This document shows positions 12,818-26,411 of a stretch of 64,000 nucleotides of DNA, in pieces. Source of the stretch: Nageia nagi (Eukaryota; Plantae; Pinophyta); NCBI GenBank assembly GCA_050084985.1, contig JBITNC010000001.1, positions 558,001 to 622,000 on the forward strand. The letters run 5' to 3'. Positions within the stretch are counted from its first letter, which is position 1. The number at the start of each line of letters is the position of its first letter. A program made the translations under genes and the position numbers. The notes under the pieces were generated by a model. The model was not told the DNA's origin. It worked only from the letters and a program-made list of their open reading frames with translations, and did not search any database.

Positions 12818-14317
12818 TTTGGTATCAAAGTGTGGTGTGAAGGCTACTCTTCAACATCCTTAAAGATCCATACCACTTCTTCATTAGTGAGGTAAAACTG
12901 TCTAAAAGTATAATTTTTCTCCTTCTTTCAAGTTTTTTTATGTGATACTAACATGTTTATATGAGTTGAAATTTTGTTAAAAGAATTGTTTTCTGAAACA
13001 TATATTGTTGTTACAATTTTTAGTTACCATTTTATGTAACAACAATTAGTGTTAGAAGCATTTAAATAAGTTTACAATTTATTTACATTGTATTTGTTAA
13101 TATAAAAAATTGCAAATTTTTTTCCTACAATGGGGGTAAGGCATGTTGTTATCCTGATGTATTCTATTATCAACCCTCCTCATTATGGTGAATGTGTCTA
13201 CCTTTGCCATTGCTTGTCACCACCTGTTGGCCCTATTCATTGTTTAGTCATCTTGGTAATGCTTCATCCTCCTTCCTCATGTAGGAGTGTCTCCCTCTCA
13301 TGCACTTCATTTTCCTCTCACCCTTGCATGCACTCTGTAGCCATTACCTCAAATTATTTAATGTGTAAGCATAAATATCAATAGCATCGATTCTATCACA
13401 CATGGTAAATATCAATAGATCTTGTAAGAACTTTAAATCAAAAGTCTAATGGACATAATGAACCTAGTTGTACACTCTATGGCCCTCTCTCCTTCCTTAT
13501 TGTGTAGACCTTCCTAGCATGAGGACTCTCCTTCCTACCTAGCCCTACCTTACCTTTCCCTTGCTCCCTCTGTGCCCTTTTTCACCTCATGATTATCCCT
13601 TAGGCTCACTCCTTGTATGACCAAACTGAAGCTGGTTTGAGGAAAAATAATGCAGAGTAATACACCAACCTCATGCGAAGCCCTCCTCCATTTTTTTTTC
13701 TTAAGCACAGTCCTTTCCCCAATTTTTTTAAAAAAAGTTCCTCCTTTTTAAAACAAAATGAAATGACCCAATAGTTGTTGGGCATTTAATTTGTCTTTAC
13801 TTGCAAGTCTTCTTCCTCAGGAGCATTAATTGATTATAAATGTATACTTTTTTACTTACAAGCTTTTTAAAATGCATTTAGAAGTACTTATAATCCACCC
13901 TTAAAGATTTGCAATGATGATGCTTTAGAGTATGTAGATGGTCAAACATATGTAAGTACTTTTTAGAAAAATGTAGCAAATAAAGGCTTTTTTTTTAAAT
14001 ATAATTTTAATTTTCCTTAATAAATACTTCTAAGTATGACAATTTACTTAGGAAAAATGATCAATATTAGTAAACTTGACACATTTAAAGGTAATTTTTT
14101 TTGCCTAAGGGGAGGAATACAATTTTTATTAGCAATTTTTTTATAATTAAAAGGAAAATTACTTTGTATATTAAAATGGTTATATACTTAGAAGCTAATT
14201 TTTTATACAAGTATCTTTTTAACTACTAAGTTAAAATTGTAAGCTATATTTAGGGATAGAACTATAAGTAAAACAAAAAAAGGGGGAATTTATATTTTTA
14301 GCATGTTAGATAAAATA

Positions 14318-14480
14318 TTGCATGCTTTGGACTTAAATTTTTTAAGTTAATTTGCATGCTTAGGACTTAAATTTTTTAAGTTAATATTCCATGCTTAGGA
14401 TTAAAATTTTTTAAGTTAATATTGCATACTTAGGATTTAAATTTTTAAGTTATTTTTTTACTTAAATTCCTTAAGTTAAA
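14318..14480. repeat. ~35-bp tandem repeat (4-5 copies) in the Copia A leader
   Basis: Unit TTGCATGCTTAGGACTTAAATTTTTTAAGTTAATA, which contains the internal palindrome ACTTAAA...TTTAAGT. Confidence 0.85.
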
Positions 14481-15412
14481 AAGATGCATAATGATTGTTT
14501 ATCCTTTATGCAAAGATAATTTATGCAATATTTTGGAATTAATGCATGCTTATGCTTAAGTATTTATCATTTTCGAAAAGTTAACTTATGCAAATTATGG
14601 ACCTATATAAAGATTTCTTTTAGGGGTTAGTAAACAAAACTCATTGGACTCTTAAGGTTCTAAGCTATGAATGGATGATATTTAATTTTAAAGCACTTTA
14701 TTTCATGTTTAGTACTTTTTCTTTCTTTTCTTATGCAAAAAAAAATGCAAACATTGAAATGAGCTACCCCCTAAAATGAACACATCCACACATACATTCC
14801 ACAATATGACTTGTTTGAGAAGCCATGAGGTGAGGATAGGTAGACTGGAGCCTTTAAGTTTGATGATCCAAGTGGTAAAAAGTTTGTACTTCTCAAATGC
14901 CTTTAAGTCTTCTCTTGGTCTGAACATAACTCCAATAGGTGGATAGGCATATGTATAGTGATGCCACATGATCACATGTCCATTTAAGGATTATCCTGAT
15001 AACTTAGGAGGATAACTTGAAACTTAATCAAGATTAATATTTGATCAATTCAATATACATAATAACCTTGGAAAATAGTAGTTATTTCTCCTTATGAGAG
15101 TATAATACTAACCAAGGTGAACTAGTTGAAGATTGGTAGTACTTGGGCTCCTCTTATGTGGGCATCCAAATGAAAGCTTAATTTTTAGATAAGAAATTAA
15201 GTGTCAACAATGTCATTTTACATCTATGGTTCTTGAGATGAGAAATATATTTGGATACATGGGTTATTATTTGAGTTGTAAAATATTTGCACTTATGAAT
15301 CAAATCAAGCATGACTCAAATGTAAAATTTATTATTTATTTATTTAAAAATTAACATTTAATATTATTTATTAAACCACATGCTTATTATTTTTCATATT
15401 CTTGTGTAGCAA

Positions 15413-18400
15413 ATGAGAGAATCTTTTTTACCTAAACACATTCTTGATGGTTCCAACTTTAGGATTTGGAAACCTTAGAAGAAATTTGAATTGCAGGCAA
15501 GGAAGCTTTGGCAAATAGTGAATGAAAACCTTGTGCCTCCTACAGATAAAAAGATATTAGAGGCTTACAATACAAAAAATGAGTTGGAAACCTCCATGAT
15601 TTACCATGCAATTTTAGATGATGTGCTTCTGATGATTTTCTCTTCAACCTCGATAAAGAAAGCTTGGGATAAGCTTAAGCAAACCTACCTTGGTTCAAAT
15701 TTTTCAAGCTAAGTTTACCATTCTCCAAAATTTACTTCAAACTCGTCAAGGGAAAGATAAAAATGTTACCATCTATTTGAACAAAATAATTGATCTAAGG
15801 ACTCAACTTGTCACTTGTGGGTACAATTGGATCAATGATGAGTTTATGGTCTTCATCATTTTTCAAATCCTTTCTTCAAAATTTAAAAACTTTGTAACAG
15901 TTATGAAAATAAGGTTTGATGATGATGAAGAAGTCTTCTCCCTTGAGAACCTTTCTAAACACCTTTTGAAGCATGAAAAAACTCTTAACAATAAGGTGTT
16001 GATTTCTTCTCCTAAAAATAATAACATTGCTCTTGGAGCAACTAAAACTCCTTTCAAGAAGAAGTTCAACCTTTAAAAAAAATCTTATCCTTCTTCCTAC
16101 AAAATGTTTGAGAACATAGGCAATGGCAACTACAACAATAAGAACAATGGCAACAATAGCAATAACAAGAATAACAACAACAAGAACAAGAACAAGAACA
16201 ATAGCTTCAAGTAAAGAGATGGAAAAGGTAAAGCAAACAATCCTTATCCTAAGAAAAAGTTTGACGATAATTATAACTATTGTGGTATCTAAGGCCATAA
16301 ATAAGTTGATTACTACAAAAAGAAAAGAGAAAAAGAATAAAGGTAATGCAAATGTAAAGAACTTCTAATAAATGAAGAATATTCAAGATGGTTTTGCTAT
16401 GGTGCTCTACTTCATGTCTCGCTCTTTTTCATCTAATTGAATTATTGATTCTAGTTACACTAGTCACTTATGCTTTGAAAAAGAAAAGTTTAAGAACTTT
16501 CACAAGTATAGAAAAGATGTGGTTGTGATATGTGATAACTCTACCCTTGAATTCTAAAGAATTAGAAGTGTGTTGATTCATAAAAAGGTTCTTAAAAATG
16601 TTCTCTATGTTTCTAAGTTAAGGATGAACCTTCTCTTCATAATCCAAGTTGCTAGAAAAGGGTACTCATTTGAGTTTGACTCTCAATCCTGGTGCATTAA
16701 GAAATGACTTGCCATGTTGGCTAAAAGATCAATGAAAGATGATTTCTACATTATAAATCAAGTTCAATCAAAGATATGTCTTGCTATAAGTGTGTATTCT
16801 AAAGGTAATCTTTGGCACCAATGTTTAGAGAAACTTAACCATAAGAGTATTCAAGTTATGAAATACCAAAGACTTGTGAAAAGTTTGCCTTCAATTTCTT
16901 CTTCGATTGGTCTATGCAAGAAGTGCATTCTTGGCAAGATGCATAGATAAAAGTTTGAGAAATATAAGGCAACAAGAACATTTCAATCTCTTTAACTTAT
17001 GCATTCAGATTTGATAGGTCCTTTAAAAACTAAGTCACTTAGAGGAGCATCTTACATCTTGATCTTCATTGATTACTTTAGTAGGATGATATTTGGGTAT
17101 CTACTTGAGCACAAGGATCAAACTTTTGAGAGTTTTAAGGCTTTTAAGTCCTTTATTGAGAATCAAACTAACCTTAAAATCAAGATGTTAAGATCAAATA
17201 ATGAGGGATAATATAATAGCAATGAGTTCAATGATTATTATGCTAAATATAGAATTAAGAGATAGTTTATGATTCCTTACACTCTTTAGCAGAACAGTAT
17301 TGTCAAAAAAAAAATAAGATAATTATGGAGATGGCTAGATGTATGTTGGGTAATCTTTCTAGTTTCTTATGGGGTGAAGCTATGAGCACTACTATTTACA
17401 CCTTGAATAGGTGTCCCACAAAAGCCATTTAAGGAAAAACTCCTTTAGAGACATGGTCAAAAAAAAACCTAACATTTCACACCTTAGGGTGTTTGGTTGT
17501 GAAGCATTCTCCTACATTATTTCTGATAAAAAGAAGAAGTTAGACAAAAGAGATCAAAAATGCATCTTTATAGAATATGATAGTAAGCATAGAATCTATA
17601 GGATCTACTCTCCATCCTACAAATTCATGTTTGTTTCAAGAGATGTAAAGTTCAATGAACTTCTTAAAGAATCTATTTCTAATGAGTATGTTTATAATCT
17701 AAAGGTCTCTTCAATTGCACCTAGCTAGTTAGATATTGATGTAGATAAGTCACCTTAGTAACAAAACCCTTCAAATCAAAGGGTAACTAGAAGAATGACC
17801 TTAAACAAATCTTTATTTGCCAAGATTGACAACAAGCATGAGCCCTCAACCTTCAAAGAAGCTTCTAAGCATAAGTGTTGGAATAAAAGTTATGAAAGTG
17901 GAGTATGAAGTGTTTATGAAAAATAAAACTTAGGATTTGGTTTCTTATCCCAATGAAAAGAATGTGATTATCAATAAGTGGATCTACAAGGTCAAATTCA
18001 ATTCAGTTGGGGATATTGAGAAATACAAGGCAAGGTTAGTAGCCAAAGGTTTTGCTCACAAATACGATGTAGATTATGAGGAAACCTTTGTTCCCATGGT
18101 AAAGATGTCTACTACAAGAATTATCCTTGCTCTTTCTACAACTTAAGAATGGAAAGTTTTTCAACTTAATGTTAAGAGTGCATTCCTTAATGGTGAATTA
18201 GATGTGAAAATTTCATGAATCAACTAGAAGGGTTTATTATGAAAGGTAAAGAATCTTTTGTGTGCAAGTTAAAGAATTTATTATATAGATTTAAGATAGC
18301 ACCTAGAGCCTAGTACAAGAAGATTTTAAAGTATTTTATAGACTTTAGTTTCTCTAAATATTTTTCTAACTTTGATCTATATGTGCTCACTCAAGGAAAA

Positions 18401-19380
18401 GATGTGGTCTTGATTCTCTTTAATGCAGATGATCTTCTGATAACTAGGAACAATGATGAAATTATTTAAGAGTGCATATCCAAACTTAAGGTAACATTTG
18501 AAATGATTGATCTTGGTCTCCTACACTACTATTTTGGAATGCAAGTGTATCAATATAAGGATTGTACTTATCTTAGTCAATTTAAATATATATCAAAAAT
18601 CTTACAAAAGTCTGAAATGGAGGAGTGTAGATATGATGCAATCCTAATCTCTCTTGGAATCATGTTTCTTTGAGCTCCGACTCTTAGTTAGCTGATACTA
18701 TAGCTTACAGGTAATTAATTGGTAATCTTTTGTATTTGACTATATCTAGGCTAGATATTACCTTTGCAGTGAATCTAATAGCATGATTCATTCAGAAACC
18801 ATATGTTAAGCACCTTAATGTTATTAAACAAATCTTGAGGTATGTTGTAAGGACTAAGAATCTTGCTCTGAAGTATTCTAAGTTACCCTTGTTTGTCCTC
18901 TCTAGATTCTCATATTCTAACTATGAGGGAGATAGAAATGATAGGAAATCAACCTCTATGTATGTGTTTAGCATTGGTTCAGGTGCTATCTCTTGAACTT
19001 CTAAAAAGTAGCCTACTATTTCTCTTTCCACCATAGAAGCTAAATACAATGCCATGTCTATTGTCAGCTTAGAAATCCATTTGGCTAAGGCATATTTTAA
19101 AAAAATTTGGGTATGAGCAAGGTGGCTCATCTTTGATTTCTTCAAACAATCAATCAACTATTTCTTTGGCTAAGAATCTTGTGTTCTATTAAAAATAAAA
19201 CATATGAAAATCCATACCCATTTTATCAAAGAGAAGGTTTTTGATGGCATCATACATCTAGAGTATTGTCCATCCACCTTAAACTCTACTAATTTATTCA
19301 CCAAGACCCTTCCAAATGCTTAGTTTTGTAAGCTTAAAGATGCTATTAGGTTGGTGAAGTTGTCCTCAAGGGGAAGTAAT
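15413..19380 (+). pseudogene. Copia A gag-pol (disrupted)
   Basis: Gag start MRESFLPKHILDGSNFRIWK. Integrase MHSDLIGPLKTKSLRGASYILIFIDYFSR. RT KWIYKVKFNSVGDIEKYKARLVAKGF. RNase H DRKSTSMYVFSIGSGAIS. Many stops and frameshifts. Confidence 0.92.
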
Positions 19381-20088
19381 GTTTGAATTCTTATGTTGAA
19401 TTCATTTTTTTGATAACAACTTCACCCTTAAGAGGATTTTATGCTATATAGTATTGATTTTGTTGTACACCTTCATGGTAAGTTCACTTTATGTGAGAAA
19501 CTTGTACAAATTTTTAAAGTAAAATATTGATCAATCTAGCACTATTCAATTATCCATATGTGAAAAACTTTTATATGTCTTTTAGCACTATTCAGTTATC
19601 CATATATGAGGAACTCATATGTGCATGCTCTATATTGTAATGATAATCAACACATTTTATATATAGTAAGTGATTATGAGTTTTGGCTTGGCATCTTTGT
19701 GATAACTTATAGAGCACCATTGATTAGTTCATGTTGGCATTTGAGTGATTCATCTATCCTTGTTAATATGAATATGTTGCATCTAACTAATCTTGTTATT
19801 TGAGTTGCTTATGACTTATAGATTCCTTTGAGATTGCAAGTTACTTACTTCAAGTATGCAGGCTCTTAAAGACTCTTCATAACTTCTAGTTGGATGACTA
19901 CTTAATGTACATTAAAATCGATTATGGTTAATGATTGTATTTGGCAAAGTAGTGAGTCTCAAACTAGATCTTTTACTTCATAAATATGTAAAAAGTTCTC
20001 ATCTTCGTTGTATCTATTTGTAGGAGAACTCTCTTTCTCTTCTTCTTCACTCTTTTTCACTCTATCCTAATATTGCATTAAGGGGGAG

Positions 20089-20587
20089 TATTGGAATGTA
20101 TAATGCATTATTGCAAAGGTTTTGTAATAATTTTCTATGTAAGTTCACTAATATTTAAGGGTATCATTTGATACCTTAAGTATTTAAATGAATATGTTAA
20201 TGTAACTTGTCCTACAATCTGTGTCATGAGCATGCCCCTTGAGTAAAAGGATGTGCATGTTATACTTTTGTACATTGGGTAAAAGGGTGATCTAAAGAAG
20301 AATTTTTGCCTATAAATAGAAGGCTCCCTCTTTGCGATCACACACCAATTATGGAGTAAAGTTATGCTATAGGATAGTGTTTAAAAGAAAAGTGTAAGAG
20401 GATTGTAAGAGTTCATATTTGTAATTGAAGAAAAGATCTAGTTAGTGGATGTACTCCTAGTTGGAGGAACCACTTACATCTTATCTTGTGTTGTGAGATT
20501 GCTTTATGAGTTTGTTAGATGTGAATTGTAAGCTTTCATGTGATCTTAGGAGTTTAGAATTGTTCATGTTATAGTTCTATTCTCTTT
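20089..20587 (+). repeat. 3' LTR of Copia A
   Basis: Follows the PPT directly and is a direct repeat of 12320-12817. Confidence 0.9.
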
Positions 20588-20932
20588 CCAAATCTTTGAT
20601 TATTTGATCATTTAAATGGGTATATCTTTCCAAAAGAAAACTCTCCACAAACTATAAAATTCAAAAGATGAATGTAGAATTTCATGATTAAGATTATAAA
20701 TTTGGAATCATTGAGAAAAATTTTTAAAAAATAGAATGTTACTTTGCTCGTTTAGAGATTCACTATGCTAATATTTGAAATTACATTCAATATTTTCATT
20801 TTTACATTTTGAAAGGTTTTTCAAAATTTTAAAATTCAAACTTTTCCAGATGTTACGAATGCATAGTTTTCTAGAGCACAAGTTTGAATTGGAAGATCTT
20901 TTGTATATCAATACAAGCATAAATGTTAGGCT

Positions 20933-23900
20933 TGTTGTAAACAACCTTGATTAGAATTCAAAATTCGAGCTCCAAAAGTCAAATTTCACACTTACTAACA
21001 AAACCTAGCCCCCCACCACATTTGGAGATGAAACACTATTACGTTTGGGAAATGCACCTGTATTTTGTAGAAATGTACCCACCTAGCATGTTTGGCTTGA
21101 AATGCAGATGCATTTTAGCCTATCAATTCCAAGTAGTTTTAGGCAAACTATCAATTAGTTTTTCCTTATTTTCTCGTACTCTCTAGTTATTTTCTCTTTC
21201 TATTTTCATCTAGTTAGCATTAGGATGTATAAATAAGTGTTCCAAACTTGTTTTTGGGTTGGATTATGAAATCATTTGGTGTAACTTGTAAATTGCACCC
21301 TATACTTGTAAAGAAAACTATTTGATGAAATGTTACAATAAGAATTCCACTATATTTTCCAGATCTATGTCAATTTTCAAATTATGTAATGTAATTGTGA
21401 ATGTTGGGTGAATGTTTGGTGATTCCATAAGTCTTTTTCTTTATGATAAAGTGATTTAAACTTCATTTTAGTATTAGAGCAAGTAGATTCGGATTGAGTT
21501 TTGTTGGGTTTAAAAAAATGTGGGTATTTTGTAAAAAGGTTTGGAAAGAATTTCTTTTATAGATCCAAGTTGTGTTGAAGACCTACTATCATGGCAAACA
21601 ACTCAACACAAATACCAATCTTGGAATTTGATGGATTAGATTATGAATATTGGAGCATCTAGATGATGAATCTCTTATAAAGAAAAAACTTATGGGACAT
21701 TATTGAAGATGGATACAAAGAGCCAGATGATTGGAGTGTCTTAAGTGAAGATGCAAAGAAGAAAATTAAAGAGAATAAGAAGAATTTTTTGGCTTTGTCA
21801 CATATCAGGATGCTCTTGATAAGAGTATTTTTCCAAGAATTTTGGCCCATAAAACCACTATTGATGCATGGAAATCCTTGAAAAAAGGCTACCAAGGAAG
21901 TGTCAAAGTGAAGGAGGTGAAGCTTGAGACCCTCATAAGATATTTTGATAATCTCACACACTATGACAATGAGAGGTATAGGTGATTATTGTGTAAGGGT
22001 GAAGGTCATAGTGAATAAAATGGCCACCCTTGGTGATGATTTGGATAAAGCCTTGGTAATTAAAAAAATTTGAGGACTTTATTACCCAAATGGGACAATG
22101 TGGCTCTTATAATTGAAGAAACAAAAGATCTTTCCACTATGAAGTTTGATCAATTGGTTGGATATCTCACATATCATAAAGAGAGATTATTGAAAAGGTC
22201 CAATGTTGGCATAAGTGAAGAACAAGCATTTTCAACTAGAGAGATTGATAATACTAATGGAAGAGGTCAAGGTAGAGGCTCTACAGGTAGAGGTCAGAAT
22301 GAAAGAGAAAGAAAATAAGGCTCTTCTAGAAGAGGAAGAGGAAGAGATCACATTTCATATGGTGACTAATCCAATAGTGTAAGTGCAAGTACTAGAGGGA
22401 GATATAGTACAAGGGGTAGAGGAAGAGATAAGAGGAATGTGCAATGCTATCATTTTAACAAATTTGACCATTTTGAGAGAGAGTGTAGGCTAAAACAAGC
22501 CTCTTAAAATAGTAGAACAATGAATTATGGGGTAGAAGATTCCTATGAAGAAGATGTCTTGTTTCTTTCTATTGTCCAAGAGGATAATCATGGAGCCAAA
22601 GCACATCTTTCACAAGAAGAAGATGATGAAACTTGGGTTCTTGATAATGGTTGTTCACACCACATGAGCGGAAAGAAGGAGCTTCTATCATATCTTGATC
22701 ATTCCTTTAGTTCCAGTATCAAATTTGAGGATGAGAAACTTTTGAAGGTGATTGCAAAAGGGGACATGGTGGTTCCTACTAAAAAAAGGTACTATGAAGG
22801 TAAAAAGTATCCATTTTGCTCCTAATTTGAAACAATATCTTTTAAGTATTGGGAAAATGCTGAAAAATAATTATAAATTAATTTTTGAAGATAAATGTGC
22901 AAGATATATGATAAGAATAGAGGTGGTAGGCTAGTCACTACAATAAAAATGAATAAAAAATAAACTTTTTACCATCAAGTTTGTTGAGCAAGGGAGAGCT
23001 TTTACTTGTGTGAGCATTGATGATAGTGCAAATTTATGGCATTTGAGGTTTGGCCATTTGAATTTTTCAGAGTTTAAAGCTTTTTTTTCCACTTGTTTAT
23101 GATTTTTCGAAGGTCCATGATACTAATAAAGTGTGTGAAGGGTATGCTCTTAGAAAGCATGCAAGGGGACATTTTCCAAAGAATGAAGCATGGAGGGCCC
23201 AATCTCTTTTACAATTGGTGCATAGTGATCTTTGTGGACCAATGCAAACACAAAGTACAAGTAAAGCTTCTTATTTTCTCACTTTTATTAATGATTTTTC
23301 CAAATATTATTGGAAAAAGATGAGGCATTTGAGTGCTTCAAGACTTTCAAAGCTAGTGTTGAGAATCAAAGTGGGCATACAATCAAGTGTTTAAGAACTG
23401 ATGTGGTGGTGAGTTTTTCTCTAATGATTTGTTGAAGTTTTGTAGCAATTCCAACATTAAGAGATAGTTGACATCACCATACACACCCCAACAAATGGAG
23501 TGGCTGTAAGAAAGAACCAAACTTTGGTTGAGATAAAAAGGTGTATGATGCACACAAAAGGTTTGAGTAATATTTATTGGGATGAAGCTATTCGGACTAT
23601 TATTTATATTTTAAATAGGATTCATACAAAGAGTTTGGATAATATTACTCCTTATGAGAGTTGGCTTGGAAAGAAGCCAAGTGTGAAATATTTTAAAGTT
23701 TTTAGTTATCTTTCTTATGTTCATGTGAGTGATGAGCATAGAAAAAATCTTGATGTTAAGAATGATAGGTGTATTTTTATTATCTATATTGAACACTCCA
23801 AAGCTTATAGATATTTTAATCCAATCTCACAAAGTTATGGTGTCTAGATATGCCAATTTTTTATGAAGGGGGAAGTTGAAAGTCTCAAAAATGCGAAAAG

Positions 23901-26411
23901 TTTGTTGTTAATGATGGTATGTTTGAATAGAATGCTTCAAAAATGCCAAAATTTTTCATCCCAACCATGTTTCACATAATCAAGTTCAACCCAGATTTGA
24001 TCCCTCTTCACAAATGGGTTCTTCAAGTAAATCTTCAAGTCCATAACATGGTTCTTATTCACCTCTATCAGCAAGTGCAAGTGTAAATAAATCAATAAAA
24101 GGTAAAAGAATGTTAAAAGATCATCCCTCTTCTCAAATGTTGGACCAAAAAATTTCAAGAAGGTTAACAAGGAGTCAACACAAGGAGCTTGATGCTACTT
24201 TGCAAAGGCTAGAAAATTTGCAAATGTTAGGAGATGAAGACAATGGTGAGCCCAAAGGTGATGTGGTAAATTATGCTTTAATGTCTTCTACTTCCAATGC
24301 TTATGTTTCTAGTTCTTCTAAAGTTACTAAATTTGATGATTTTGAGAATTCTTGTTTTAAATAGGATTGTTCTAATAAAGTGTGGATGAAGGCTATGAAT
24401 GAAGAGATATCTTCCATTGTCAAGAATGACACATGGGATTTATGTGAGCTACCTCAAAATAGGAAATACATTGCATGTAAATGGATCTACAAGATCAAGA
24501 GGAATAGTGATGGTTCCATTGAAAGGTACAAAGCACGGTTGGTTACAAAAGGGTTCACACAAAAGTATGGCATAGATTATGAGGAGACTTTTGCTCTTGT
24601 TGCAAGGTAAGAAACAATTTGGATGGTGCTTTCATTGGCTACCCACAAGCATTGGAATGTGAATCACATGGATGTGAAGAGTGCATTCCTTAATAGCTAT
24701 CTTGAAGAAGAGGTATATGTGGCACAACCTCAAGATTTTGAGGTTCAAGGCAAAGAAGATCAGGTCTATAGATTGAAAAAGGTATTATATGGGCTAAAGC
24801 AAGCTCCAAGAGCTTGGTAGACAAGCATTAATGACTATTTTCTCAAGTGTGGTTTTCAAAGAAGCAAGAGTGAGCACACTTCGTACTACAAGAAGTAAGG
24901 TATTGAAATTCTACTTGTTTGCTTGTATGTAGATGATTTGTTGTTTATGGGAAGTAGTTCTTCATTGTGTGATACTTTTAAAATTGAGATAAAAAATGAA
25001 TTTGATATGAATGATCTTGGTTTGATGAGTTAGTTCTTAGGCATGGAGGTACATCAAACACATGATGAGATATTTCTTTTCCAAGCCAAATATGCTAGAG
25101 AGATGTTGAAAAAGTTTGGCATGAGTGAATGCAAACCTATAGCTACTCCAATTGCACATGGAGAGCTTTTATGTTCAAATGATGAGGCTAAAAAAGTAAA
25201 TAAAACAAAGTATAGGAGCATTGTGGGGAGTTGAATGTTCCTTCGTAACACAAGGCCAAATATATGCTATGATGTATCACTTTGTTCTAGGTACATGGCT
25301 GATCATTCTTGCTTACACTTGAAAGCAACCAAAAGAATCTTGAGGTATGTGCATGGTACAGTAGATTTTGAGATTCATTTCTCTATTGATAATGTGAAGC
25401 TAGTTGGTTTTAGTGATAGTGATTGGGGAAGTAATCTTGATGATCGGAAGTCCACTAGTGGCAATTGCTTCTCACTTGGTACAAGTTTGATTACTTGGAA
25501 TTCGAAGAAGGAAACTATAGTAGCTTTATCTTCTATAGAGGCTGAGTATATAGCTTTGACCTTAGCTGGTGCACAAGCCTTGTGACTTCAAAAAATTCTT
25601 GATGAAATAGGTGAGAAGTAGGAACAATCTACAACTCTTTTATGTAATAACCAAAGTGCCATTAAGTTGGCACAAAATCCAGTCTACCATGCATGTTCAA
25701 AACACTTTGATATCAAGTACTACTTTATTAGAGACATGGTGGAGAATAATTTGATCAAACTGAGGTATTGCAATACAAAATACTAAATTGCTGATATCTT
25801 CACAAAACAAGTTGCTAAATCTCAATTTTTGTTGTTGAGAGACCTGATCATCAACCCTGTCACCATCAAGGGGGATTATGTTGCAAACAAACCTTTTCAA
25901 GATCCAAAATTCAAGCTCCAAAAGTCAAATTTCACACTTATTGACAAAATGCATCCCCCCACCACATTTGGAGATGAAATGCTATCGCATTTGGGACTAT
26001 GCCTGCATTTTGTAGAAATGTGCCCACCTAGCATGTTTGGCCTAAAACACGATTGCGTTTCAGCTTGTCATTTCCAAGCAATTTTGGATGAACTGCCAAG
26101 TAGTTTTTCCTCATTTTCTCATACTTTGTAGTTAGTTTCTCTTTTTTGTTTTCATCTAGTTAGCATCGGGATGTATAAATAAGTGTTCCAAACTTGTTTT
26201 TGGGTTGGATTGTGGAATCATTTGGTGTAACTTGTAAATTGCACCTTGTACTTGTAAAGAAAAATGTTTAACAAAACGTCACAATAAGAATTCCACTATA
26301 TTTTCCAAATCTGTGTCAATTTTTGAATTGTGTAATGTAATTGTGAATGTTGGGTGAATGTTTGGTGATTCTATAAGTCTTTTTATTTATGATAATGTGA
26401 TTTAAACTTCA
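20933..26411 (+). mobile_element. Full-length decayed Ty1/Copia LTR retrotransposon B (5.5 kb)
   Basis: 533-bp TG...CA LTRs at 20933-21465 and 25879-26411. TSD AGGCT/AAGCT (one mismatch). Decayed PBS TAGTATTAGAGC at 21469-21480. PPT AAGGGGGA at ~25868. Confidence 0.95.
21591..25870 (+). pseudogene. Copia B gag-pol (disrupted)
   Basis: Gag with an RG-rich segment and zinc-knuckle relic. Protease WVLDNGCSHHM. Integrase VHSDLCGPM. RT HMDVKSAFLN and YGLKQAPRAW. RNase H GFSDSDWGSNLDDRKSTSG. Confidence 0.95.

Larger units (their letters stand above)
12320..20587 (+). mobile_element. Full-length decayed Ty1/Copia LTR retrotransposon A (~8.3 kb)
   Basis: Direct LTRs at 12320-12817 and 20089-20587. 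PBS TGGTATCAAAG at 12820 (iMet type), PPT AAGGGGGAG at 20080-20088. Domain order gag-PR-INT-RT-RH. No TSD found. Confidence 0.93.

Noticed and set aside
25829-26131. ORFs in the Copia B LTRs (also 20947-21186) and in the U3 repeats at 43600-44315 and 58227-59068
   Set aside because: No recognisable motifs. They are recurrent only because the underlying DNA is repeated.
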